The notes under the pieces are model-generated. The model did not search any database. It was given only the letters and a program-made list of their open reading frames with translations, and had not been told where the DNA came from. Source: an uncultured Planctomycetales bacterium (GTDB lineage: Bacteria; Planctomycetota; Phycisphaerae; UBA1845; PWPN01). Taken from it: a DNA stretch of 64,000 nt. Location: positions 604-64,603 of the forward strand of contig CAZZFA010000002.1 of assembly GCA_964653435.1 (NCBI GenBank), given 5' to 3'. The translations under genes and the position numbers were made by a program. This document shows, one piece after another, positions 9,094-17,380 of this stretch (positions are counted from its first letter, which is position 1; every line of letters starts with the position of its first letter).

Positions 9094-9705
9094 TCAGTCG
9101 GTGTGCGTTTCGAGGTTCTGTACGTAGACATTCGTGGGGATGCCATGGCTTTCGAACGTGCCGGCGAGGCGGAAGCCTTCCTTGACGTAGTAGCGATTGG
9201 CCGCCTCGTTGGCGGCCCCCACGACCACCTTGACCGCGGTACAGCCGCGCTGCCGCAGGCCTTCGAGGGCGGCCTTCATCAACGCCGAGGCGATGCCGGT
9301 GCCGCGGCCCTCCGGTCGCACGGCTACGGAGAGGACCTCCGCGGCGGGGTACTGGTCCTTCATGCGGCTGGGGTAGAGGAGCGTCTGCAAGATCCGCCGG
9401 ATGGTCGCCGGGCTGAGTACGAACCGCGTCAGCGGAATGACCAGGCGCCAGCCCCGCCGGAGCAGCACCCTCTTGTACAGACTGCCGACGCTCGTGGCGC
9501 ACGCAATGAAGCCCAGGACGCGGCCGTCCCGCTCCGCGACATGGCCGAAGGCTACCGGGCATGAAGCGATGGCCCGATACAGCTCGGACACGAACGCCGG
9601 GCCGAGCGAACTGAGGAACCCGGTTTGGATCGACTGGATGTGGATGTCCGCGACCTGTGCCGCGTGCTCCGGGGCCAGAGGGATGATCTTCGGATTCTCG
9701 ACCAC
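9094..9705 (-). CDS. GNAT family N-acetyltransferase
   Basis: 203 aa with a GTG start. The acetyl-CoA motif 'VRPEGRGTGIASALMKAAL' (R/QxxGxG/A) is present. It lies downstream of korB on the same strand. Confidence 0.8.
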   Translation of the reverse strand: MVENPKIIPLAPEHAAQVADIHIQSIQTGFLSSLGPAFVSELYRAIASCPVAFGHVAERDGRVLGFIACATSVGSLYKRVLLRRGWRLVIPLTRFVLSPATIRRILQTLLYPSRMKDQYPAAEVLSVAVRPEGRGTGIASALMKAALEGLRQRGCTAVKVVVGAANEAANRYYVKEGFRLAGTFESHGIPTNVYVQNLETHTD

Positions 9706-9789
9706 GCGCAGACTCCCGATTCGGCAGGCAAGCCGTCGACCGGGCGAAGGGCCGGCCTCATCGCACGCCGCCGGATCCCGGGGCGGCGC

Positions 9790-10806
9790 CTACTCCACAA
9801 CCCACGTATCGCCGCTATGGAAGAGTTCCGCAAGGTCGGCCTTGCCCTGGCGATCGACGGCCGTCCTGACCTGTTCCCGCATGAGCTCGTCGTAGCAGGG
9901 ACGCTCCACGCATCGGAACACACCCATCGGCTCCGGGGTTTCCGGATACTGCATCTGGCTCAGAATGAACGCCGTCGCCGGTGAGGGCGCCTTCTCGTCG
10001 TGGATGAGCAGGTCGTATTCCCTCGCGTCCCTGCCGATCGCGACGATCTCAGGCACGAGCCCGTTGAGCCGGATGCCCTTGTCCCGGTTCCTTCCGAAGA
10101 CCAGCGGCCGGCCGTGCTCCAGGCAAACGATCCTTTCTTCCCATGCCTCCTTGTCGGCGGCGCAGGTGAAACCCCCGGGGTTGAAGACGTTGCAGTCCTG
10201 ATAGATCTCGACGACGGCTGTGCCGCGGTGGCGGGCCGCCCGTTCGAGAACACCGGCGAGGTGCACGGCGTCTGTGTCGATGGCGCGGCCGACGAAGGTC
10301 GCGCCGGCGCCCAGCGCGAGGGACACCGTCCCCAGGGGTCTCTCGATCGTGCCGCAGGGCGTGGATTTCGTCCGCTTACCCAGCTCGGAGGTGGGCGAAT
10401 ACTGTCCCTTCGTGAGGCCGTAGATCCGGTTGTTGAACAGCAGGATCTTGATGTCGATGTTCCGTCGGATGGCGTGGATGAAGTGATTGCCTCCGATGCT
10501 CAAACCGTCGCCATCGCCGGTGATGACCCAGACGGACAGCTCGGGCCGGGCGCATTTCAGGCCCGTGGCGATGGTCGGGGCCCGCCCGTGGATGGTATGC
10601 ATGCCGTACGTGTTGATGTAGTACGGCAACCGGCTGGAGCAGCCGATTCCCGAGATGAATACGAAGTTCTCCCGCGGGATTCCCAACGTGGGCAGCAGTT
10701 TTCTGAGCTGGGCGAGAACGGCGTAGTTCCCGCAGCCGGGACACCATCGCGGTTTCTCGTCCGTCGTGAGGTTCATCGGGTCGGCTGTGACAGGCTTATC
10801 GTGCAT
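9790..10806 (-). CDS. korB: 2-oxoglutarate/2-oxoacid:ferredoxin oxidoreductase, beta subunit
   Basis: 338 aa. 'WCPGCGNYAVL' and the TPP-binding 'GDGDGLSIGGNHFIHAIRRN' are characteristic of KorB. Confidence 0.9.
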   Translation of the reverse strand: MHDKPVTADPMNLTTDEKPRWCPGCGNYAVLAQLRKLLPTLGIPRENFVFISGIGCSSRLPYYINTYGMHTIHGRAPTIATGLKCARPELSVWVITGDGDGLSIGGNHFIHAIRRNIDIKILLFNNRIYGLTKGQYSPTSELGKRTKSTPCGTIERPLGTVSLALGAGATFVGRAIDTDAVHLAGVLERAARHRGTAVVEIYQDCNVFNPGGFTCAADKEAWEERIVCLEHGRPLVFGRNRDKGIRLNGLVPEIVAIGRDAREYDLLIHDEKAPSPATAFILSQMQYPETPEPMGVFRCVERPCYDELMREQVRTAVDRQGKADLAELFHSGDTWVVE

Positions 10807-10812
10807 GATGAT

Positions 10813-12675
10813 CTACTTCTTGCCGGTCCAGGCTCGCTCGATGGCCGCCCGGACGTCCGCCACGGTGAACGGCTTGCCCCGCACGCGCACGCATCCGGCT
10901 GCCTCGATCGGGAACTGGGACTGCAGGTAGCGTCGGAACTGTCCGGCGTTCAGTTCGCAGACCAGGACGCGTCGAAAGGCCGCAAGCACCTCGCCCGTAT
11001 TCCGCGGCAGCGGATTGAGGTGCCGGAAATGCGCGTGGGAGACGTCCATGCCCTCGTTGCGGCACTGTTCGCACGCTGTTCGGACCGCTCCGTAGGGGCC
11101 TCCCCAGCTCACGACGAGCAATTCGCCCGACGTCGGCCCTTCAATTTCCAGTGGGGGGATGTCGTCGGCGATGCCCGCGATCTTCCGCGCGCGGAGGGCG
11201 ACCATCCGTTCATGGTTATCCGGATCGTAGGTGACCTTGCCGGTGATGTCTTCCTTTTCAAGCCCGCCGACGCGATGCTCAAGCCCCGGCGTGCCCGGGA
11301 TGGCCCAGGGCCGCGCCAGCCGTTCGTTGCGAAGATACGGCCGGAAGTTTTCCCGATCGGTGCAGTACGTCACGTCGATCGCGGGCAGCTCGTCGGCATC
11401 CGGGATCTTCCATCGCTCGGCGCCGTTGGCCAGGTACGCCTCGCTGAGCACGAAGACGGGGGTCATGTAGCGGATCGCGATACGGAACGCCTCCAGCACG
11501 ATCCAGAAACAGTCCGAGGGCGTGGCCGGCGCCAGGACCGGCATGGGGCATTCGCCGTGGCGGCCGAACAACGCCAGAGCCAGGTCCGTCTGCTCGGTCT
11601 TGGTCGGCAGGCCGGTGCTCGGGCCGCCGCGCTGCACGTCGATCAGGACCAGCGGCAGTTCCGCCATGACGGCGAAGCCGAGCATTTCGGTCTTCAGCGA
11701 GGCGCCGGGCCCGCTCGTTCCGCTGGCGGCGAGGATTCCTCCGAATGCGGCGCCGACCGCGGCGCCGATCGCGGCGATCTCATCCTCGGCCTGGAGCGTC
11801 TGCACACCGAAGTGCTTCTGCCTGGCCAGTTCGTGGAGGATTTCGTTGGCCGGCGTGATCGGGTAGCTGGCGTAGAGCAGCGGTTTGCCGGCACGTTGGG
11901 CGGCCGCAGTGAGGCCGAGGGCGGCGGCTTCGTTGCCCGTGAGCATGCGATACCACCCTCGCGAGAGGGACGCCGGAGCGACGCCGTAACGCGTCGAGAA
12001 GAGGGGGCTGGAATCTCCGAACGCGTACCCGGCCTGCAGGCTGCGTGCGTTTGCCTCGGCCACCAGCGGATCCTTTGCGAACTTGCGCCGGATCCACTGC
12101 AGCGTCGGCTCGAGCGGCCGGTCGTACAGCCAGTTCACCAGGCCGAGTGCGAAGAAGTTCCTGCTGCGATCCACGACCTTCGGGCTCAGGTCGAGTCCGG
12201 CCAAGGCGTCGCGATTGGCCCGGGTCATCGGAACCCGGCAGAGCCGCCACGCGTTGAGACTCCCGTCTTCAAGAGGATTCGACGCGTACTCGGCCTTGGC
12301 CAGCTCCGCTTCGCCGAAGGCGTCTTCATTGACCAGGAGCGTACCGCCCGGTTCCAGGTCCGGGAGGTTGATTTTCAACGCGGCCGGGTTGAGGGCCACC
12401 AGGGTATGGACGCGGTCGCCGGGCGTGTAAATGCGTTGAGAGGCGAAGTGGATCTGGAACCCGCTCACGCCGCCGAGCGAGCCGGCCGGCGCGCGGATCT
12501 CGGCGGGATAGTCCGGATACGTGCATACGTCGTTGCCAAAGAGCGCGCAATCCCTCGACAACTGCATCCCCACAAGCTGAATGCCATCGCCGGAATCGCC
12601 GGCAAAGCGCACCACGGCGGACGTGAGCTGTCTGACGAACTTGTCGTGCGGGGGTCGCGTCTGTGCAACCGTCAT
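10813..12675 (-). CDS. korA: 2-oxoglutarate/2-oxoacid:ferredoxin oxidoreductase, alpha subunit
   Basis: In ORF 10813..12789. 'VRFAGDSGDGIQLVG' and 'YPITPANEILHEL' are KorA-type motifs. It ends 7 nt upstream of korB. ATG 12675 was chosen (MTVAQTRP...). Confidence 0.9.
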   Translation of the reverse strand: MTVAQTRPPHDKFVRQLTSAVVRFAGDSGDGIQLVGMQLSRDCALFGNDVCTYPDYPAEIRAPAGSLGGVSGFQIHFASQRIYTPGDRVHTLVALNPAALKINLPDLEPGGTLLVNEDAFGEAELAKAEYASNPLEDGSLNAWRLCRVPMTRANRDALAGLDLSPKVVDRSRNFFALGLVNWLYDRPLEPTLQWIRRKFAKDPLVAEANARSLQAGYAFGDSSPLFSTRYGVAPASLSRGWYRMLTGNEAAALGLTAAAQRAGKPLLYASYPITPANEILHELARQKHFGVQTLQAEDEIAAIGAAVGAAFGGILAASGTSGPGASLKTEMLGFAVMAELPLVLIDVQRGGPSTGLPTKTEQTDLALALFGRHGECPMPVLAPATPSDCFWIVLEAFRIAIRYMTPVFVLSEAYLANGAERWKIPDADELPAIDVTYCTDRENFRPYLRNERLARPWAIPGTPGLEHRVGGLEKEDITGKVTYDPDNHERMVALRARKIAGIADDIPPLEIEGPTSGELLVVSWGGPYGAVRTACEQCRNEGMDVSHAHFRHLNPLPRNTGEVLAAFRRVLVCELNAGQFRRYLQSQFPIEAAGCVRVRGKPFTVADVRAAIERAWTGKK

Positions 12676-12931
12676 GTTGGCGGAATCCCCCTGTCGGATG
12701 CCCGGCCTTATCACGCGGAAGAGTACGGCCGACGTCACTTCCCTCCCCGCCGTCGTCGGTCGTCTGCCGAAGCCGGCCGCGGTCCGCAATCCCGACCTGG
12801 CAGGAGGGCACTGTCATGTAGTGTATCGGATTCCGCGGCGAATTGGGCGCCCAACCCGCGAAAAAACTCGATCAGTCAACGCTTTTCTGGAACAAGCTCC
12901 GCTGCAACCGGTTTCGTGGTGCGAAAGCCGT

Positions 12932-13813
12932 TCAGGGGCCGGGAGAGGTCGGCTTGGCGGCCTCGAGGACTTGGTCGATCACCGTGCGCAGCGGGGCGAA
13001 CTCGAACTCAGCGAGCAGGCGGAGGACCTTGTGCCGGACCGTGTGGCGGTTGCGAACCTGCATGCGGTGAAATCGTCTTGCCCGACGGGCGGCTTGCGGG
13101 GCGAGGCCGGTCGTATCGATCGGCGGGACGTTCACCTCGATTTCGTACGGATGCATGTAGACGATGGCCGGGCGGCAGCGTTGTATCCGGCGTATGGCCC
13201 AGCAGGTGAGGCCGCCGGGGAAGTGGCGCAGGTAGCCGCCGCCGGCGGCGGGCAGCCGTTTGCCGAGGATGGCCAGGGTGGACGGGGGCGCTTCGATGAT
13301 CCGCCGCCCGCTCGCGAGAACGATTTCGTGAATGTCGGGCCGGAATCCGGGCCAGCCGTAACGGCGTCCGGCGATGGGAAAGATGCTGGCGTCGTAACGG
13401 AACCCCGCTTCCGCGAGGACATCCAGCGCCCAGCCCGTGTCCGGTATGATCGAGAAGGCCGGCGCCCGATGCCCCTGCACCGGCGTTGCCGCGATGTCTT
13501 CGATCAGTGCCTTGGCGTCGCAGACCTCGCGGCGGAACGCATCCGGCGTGAGTTTGAAGACCTGCCGGTGGAAAAAGCCGTGGACGCCGACTTCGTGCCC
13601 GGCGCCGGCGATATCACGGAGCAACTGAGGAAACGCCTGAACCACCTCGCCCAGGAGGAAGAACGTGGCCCGTACGTTCCGGCTGGCGAAGGTCTCGAGG
13701 AACCAGTGCGTGTTGCGAACGACGGCGTCGGTGGGAGGGCCGTCGCGGCCGAGCCAGTCCCGGGCCAGGATGTTGTGATAGTCCTCAACGTCGATGGTCA
13801 GCGCGTGGGTCAT
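12932..13813 (-). CDS. Polysaccharide deacetylase (CE4/NodB fold, EPS-locus subtype with C-terminal extension)
   Basis: C-terminal 293 aa of ORF 12932..14350. 'LTIDVEDYH' and 'HEVGVHGFFH' are NodB-type metal and catalytic motifs. ATG 13813 overlaps the upstream stop as ATGA (13810-13813). Confidence 0.85.
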   Translation of the reverse strand: MTHALTIDVEDYHNILARDWLGRDGPPTDAVVRNTHWFLETFASRNVRATFFLLGEVVQAFPQLLRDIAGAGHEVGVHGFFHRQVFKLTPDAFRREVCDAKALIEDIAATPVQGHRAPAFSIIPDTGWALDVLAEAGFRYDASIFPIAGRRYGWPGFRPDIHEIVLASGRRIIEAPPSTLAILGKRLPAAGGGYLRHFPGGLTCWAIRRIQRCRPAIVYMHPYEIEVNVPPIDTTGLAPQAARRARRFHRMQVRNRHTVRHKVLRLLAEFEFAPLRTVIDQVLEAAKPTSPGP

Positions 13814-14886
13814 ACGGTGTCGGAGTCGCCCAGTGTAAGGTGCCAGTCGGATACGCGGGCGGGCCGTCGCGGAAGCCCCGGTACGCCGGTGGGGCGATAG
13901 ACGAAGTGAAACTTCTTCGGAAGCCACGTCGGCCTGGGACACGCATAGCCCTCCGCGCGGAGCGCGGCCTGCAGCATCGGGCTGGTCGCCTCGCAGGCAG
14001 CCAGCCCGAGGCCGCGCGAGGCAAGATCCTCTTCGGCGGCGCGAAGGAGCCGGCAGACCACCGGCACGCCGCCCCGCGCGACGACGTCGACCACCATGCC
14101 GATCTCGATCCCCATTCGCTTCTCGACGGAGGTGGCCACGGCCCCGACGATACAGCCGCCTTGGCGTGCGAGGAACATGTGGTAGGCCGCATTCGGCTTG
14201 GCGGCGTAGCGCCAGTTCCAGTAATTCGCGGTGCGCCGGACCATGAGGCCGCCGCAATCGCGCGCGAATTCGTCGAAGATCCCGTCGATCTCCGGCGGCA
14301 TGGCTCGCGCGGGCTGGATGGCGAGCGGACGGCCTGTCGGGTGGGTGCATCGGCGCGTGAAGAGCGGCTGGGGGAGCCAGCCGACCAGGTGCGCAGCGGT
14401 ACGCCCGACTCTCGGGCGGAGCATCGCCCTCCCGTCGATGATCTTGACATACAGCGGAATCAGCCCGGGCTCATGCCATTCGCCGGTCTTCAGAAAACCG
14501 GGCAGCGATCGTTCGTTCGGAAGGGTGAAGCTGAACTGGCAGCCGCGCCGTTTCGCATGTTCGTTGGCCGCGCTCACAAGCGACTGGAAGATTCCGCGCC
14601 GCCGGTGGTCGGGGTGCGTGAGCACGCCGGTGTAGACCGCGCCCCGGAGCCGCGTCTGGCCCCATTGAAAATCCAGTATGGATACCGGCTGAATGCCGAT
14701 CGGCCGGCCCTCGAAGTCGGCCATCAGGATGTCGCCGTGAAACTCCGTTTCGCTCAGGTATCGCCAGTCGTAGAAGGTTCGGTTGATCTCCGGGTACTCC
14801 TCCCCGTGAACGAGGCGAACCAGGGCGACCGCCGCGGCGATATCCTCGGGACCGCACAGCCGATTTGTCCAGTACGGTTGTGGCAT
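13810..14886 (-). CDS. Two-lobed GNAT-type acyltransferase (Fem/Eis-like architecture)
   Basis: In ORF 13810..15138. ATG 14886 (MPQPYW...). The GNAT motif 'HPDHRRRGIFQSLVSAANEHA' is in the N-terminal half. A second lobe of similar size is not independently verified. Confidence 0.75.
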   Translation of the reverse strand: MPQPYWTNRLCGPEDIAAAVALVRLVHGEEYPEINRTFYDWRYLSETEFHGDILMADFEGRPIGIQPVSILDFQWGQTRLRGAVYTGVLTHPDHRRRGIFQSLVSAANEHAKRRGCQFSFTLPNERSLPGFLKTGEWHEPGLIPLYVKIIDGRAMLRPRVGRTAAHLVGWLPQPLFTRRCTHPTGRPLAIQPARAMPPEIDGIFDEFARDCGGLMVRRTANYWNWRYAAKPNAAYHMFLARQGGCIVGAVATSVEKRMGIEIGMVVDVVARGGVPVVCRLLRAAEEDLASRGLGLAACEATSPMLQAALRAEGYACPRPTWLPKKFHFVYRPTGVPGLPRRPARVSDWHLTLGDSDTV

Positions 14887-14891
14887 CGGTG

Positions 14892-16145
14892 TTACTCCTG
14901 GCACCGTCGTTCGCCGGAGGGCCGGCGGGCTCCGTCGCCGCGCAGACCGGAATCCATGCGGAGTCGCTCCCGGCGGGAGGCCGGATTCAACAGCGCCGTC
15001 AGGTTCTCCAGTGCGTATCCCAGGATCGGTCCCGGGTCGCTCAGACGGATGATCTGATCCACGGTGTGTGCGTCGAAGAACCGGAACCAGCTCGGCCAGG
15101 TGTTGAATCGCCGCGCGCGATCGACCCGCAGAAACCACAGCACGTCGCCCAGAAAGAACCGAAGGAAGCGATTCTTCGGATAGTCGAGGACCGGCTCCAC
15201 GGGCCGGCCGTGTGCCAGGTCGTACATCATCTTCGGAAAGTCGATCCCCACGGACGTGCCCATGCGAAAACTCTCCGGCAGACGCGGGTTGATCTCCATA
15301 AGCTTGATTCGACCGTCGCGCGGATCCTCCACGAAGTCAAAGTCGCAGAAGCCGACCCATCCGAGCCGGCACAGCATCCGCCGGGCGTGCTCGAGGATGT
15401 CGGGCCGGTCCGCCGAGAAGTTCAACACGCTGCTGCCGCCGTCGGGCGGATACATTCGCGTCTTGCCGTAGACGATACCCGCCAGGACGCGGAGCTTCTC
15501 GTCGACCAGCATATCGACCTTGTACTGCATGCCCCCGGGCGGAACGAAGTCCTGAAGGTAGCTCTCCCCGTGCTCGGCGACCACTCGCGGAAACCGTTCG
15601 CGAACCTCCGCCGGGCCGTAGCACCACGTGATTCCCCGTGCTCCGACGCCGACGGACGGCTTGATCAGCACCGGCCACCGCGTAATCCGGTCGAGCACGT
15701 CGGCGAGCCCGCCGGGCCGGTCTTGCGGGAACCAGGAATCCGGAATGGGCACGCCGGCGGCCAGGGCGGTCTTCATGGTGCTGATCTTTCCGTATGCGAC
15801 GAGGAACGTCTTATGGTCAGGCATCAGGAGGCGCGTGTACTTGCGGATCTCGTCCTGGATCTCGCTGACGGCCAGTGCGCCGTAATGCCCGTTGGGAAAG
15901 AGCATGTCGATGGGCCGCCTGCGGAGGAAGCGGAGCAGCCATTCCTTGAACGCATCCGGATGATGACGGGGCGAGGGATACACGTACCGCTCGCGGCAAC
16001 CCCGACAGTAGAAACCGCTGTTGAAGCGTTTCTCGCTGCCGCCGGCTACGCGTATCCCGTGGCGGGCCATGGACTCCATCACGGGGAGAACCGCCTTGCC
16101 CTGGGTCTCCATGACAAAGACAGTCGGACGCGTCATGGACGGCAT
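14892..16145 (-). CDS. ATP-grasp domain ligase
   Basis: 417 aa. 'WPVLIKPSVGVGARGI', 'YLQDFVP' and 'FDFVEDPRDGRIKLMEINPRL' match the ATP-grasp nucleotide and Mg-binding layout. The alternative ATG 16136 would give an ATGA overlap with the upstream stop. Confidence 0.85.
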   Translation of the reverse strand: MPSMTRPTVFVMETQGKAVLPVMESMARHGIRVAGGSEKRFNSGFYCRGCRERYVYPSPRHHPDAFKEWLLRFLRRRPIDMLFPNGHYGALAVSEIQDEIRKYTRLLMPDHKTFLVAYGKISTMKTALAAGVPIPDSWFPQDRPGGLADVLDRITRWPVLIKPSVGVGARGITWCYGPAEVRERFPRVVAEHGESYLQDFVPPGGMQYKVDMLVDEKLRVLAGIVYGKTRMYPPDGGSSVLNFSADRPDILEHARRMLCRLGWVGFCDFDFVEDPRDGRIKLMEINPRLPESFRMGTSVGIDFPKMMYDLAHGRPVEPVLDYPKNRFLRFFLGDVLWFLRVDRARRFNTWPSWFRFFDAHTVDQIIRLSDPGPILGYALENLTALLNPASRRERLRMDSGLRGDGARRPSGERRCQE

Positions 16146-17380
16146 GGCTCCGTTCGCGGACGCCCGGTCCGCAGAACCGTTTCAAAGACGTCGCAGAGTT
16201 GCCGGGCGATCATCTGGCGGTCGTACTTCCGCCAGGCCACCTCGCGCGCCCGGCGGCCGACGGCGGCGCGCTCCTCGGGATGGTCCGCCCAGTATGCGAT
16301 CTTTGCCGCAAGGTCGTCCGCCGAGCCGGGAACCGACGCGACGCCGGTGCCGTCCGCGACGACCATGTCCGCCGTCGTCCCCGCAAAGTTCACGATGCTC
16401 GGGAGTCCGCTGAACATGTAATCGAAGATCTTGTTCGGTGTCACCCAGCGGGGCCGCGTGATCTGCTTGAGGATCATCAGCCCGATGTGACAGGCCGCCA
16501 GGATCCCCGGAAGCCGGTGCTTCGGGACCGGATCGAGCAGGTGCACGTTCGTCAGGCCCCGCCGTGCGACGTCGGCCTTGAGGGCCTCGCGCATCTTGCC
16601 GTCGCCGATGAGTACGATGGCGATGTCGGGCCGATCGCGAAGCCGCTCGGCGGCGTCGATGACCTGGAACAGGCCGTTCGCGTCGCCGTGCGCGCCGGTG
16701 TAGACGGCGACCGTCTTTCCCGCCAGGCCGTGTTGCGCCATGTACTCGTGATCCGGCGTCACGTTACGGAAAAGCCCTCCGTCGGCGCCAAGCAGGATGG
16801 TCTCCAGGCGTTCGGGCGGAAAGCCCCGCTGGAGCAGCCGATCGTGGAAGCCGCGCGAGACGAGCAGGATCTTCGCCGCCTTCGCGTAGCTGAACCGCTC
16901 GAGCCACTCCCACGCCTTGTACTGCAGCCCGGGTTTGATCCGCCCGGCGTCGAGCAGATCTTCGGGCCACAGGTCGCGGACCTCGAAGACATAGGGGATT
17001 CGCTTGATGGCCGCGCCGATCCGCGCGGGAATGCCCACGGTCAGCGGCGTGCTGGTGGCGAAGATGAGATCCGCCTTCCGCTCAAGAAGGCAGGCGATCG
17101 TCGAGAGCATGGCGAACTTGAGGAACGCCCACAGCCGGGCGGGGACGCCGAGTTTATTGCTGTAGTAGGTGTTGCACGCAACGACCTTGATCCCGTCGAT
17201 CCACTGCGTCCGAAAGAGCCGCCACCACGGCATCCGTGGCAGCGAGCTTTGCTCGTGCAGTCCGCAGATCATCGTGACGGCGTGGCCCATCTCCACGAGG
17301 TACTTGCTCACATCGTAGCTGCGGGTGCCGCTCGTCCCCTCGTTGGTGACGAAATACTGGTGGATGTAGATCAGCTTCAT
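16133..17380 (-). CDS. Glycosyltransferase family 4 (WbuB-like)
   Basis: In ORF 16133..17503. ATG 17380 gives 'MKLIYIHQYFVTNEGTSGTRSYD', typical of this GT4 subgroup. ATGA overlap with the upstream gene at 17377-17380. Confidence 0.85.
   Translation of the reverse strand: MKLIYIHQYFVTNEGTSGTRSYDVSKYLVEMGHAVTMICGLHEQSSLPRMPWWRLFRTQWIDGIKVVACNTYYSNKLGVPARLWAFLKFAMLSTIACLLERKADLIFATSTPLTVGIPARIGAAIKRIPYVFEVRDLWPEDLLDAGRIKPGLQYKAWEWLERFSYAKAAKILLVSRGFHDRLLQRGFPPERLETILLGADGGLFRNVTPDHEYMAQHGLAGKTVAVYTGAHGDANGLFQVIDAAERLRDRPDIAIVLIGDGKMREALKADVARRGLTNVHLLDPVPKHRLPGILAACHIGLMILKQITRPRWVTPNKIFDYMFSGLPSIVNFAGTTADMVVADGTGVASVPGSADDLAAKIAYWADHPEERAAVGRRAREVAWRKYDRQMIARQLCDVFETVLRTGRPRTEPCRP

Noticed and set aside
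12843-12854. Perfect 12-bp palindrome TTGGGCGCCCAA about 170 nt upstream of korA
   Set aside because: It is a single short GC-rich palindrome, which is expected by chance in 64 kb of GC-rich DNA. There is no second copy and no recognisable regulator nearby. Evidence is insufficient to call it an operator.
10000-13209. 1069-aa ORF on the plus strand
   Set aside because: It is entirely antisense to korB and korA, whose products carry unmistakable family motifs. Its translation is Arg/Gly/Pro/Asp-rich with no recognisable domain. It is a typical high-GC shadow ORF.
12932-14350. Long (472-aa) version of the deacetylase ORF
   Set aside because: The N-terminal ~180 aa are Arg-rich and lie out of frame over the GNAT gene. 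NodB homology begins right at ATG 13813, which forms an ATGA overlap with the upstream stop.
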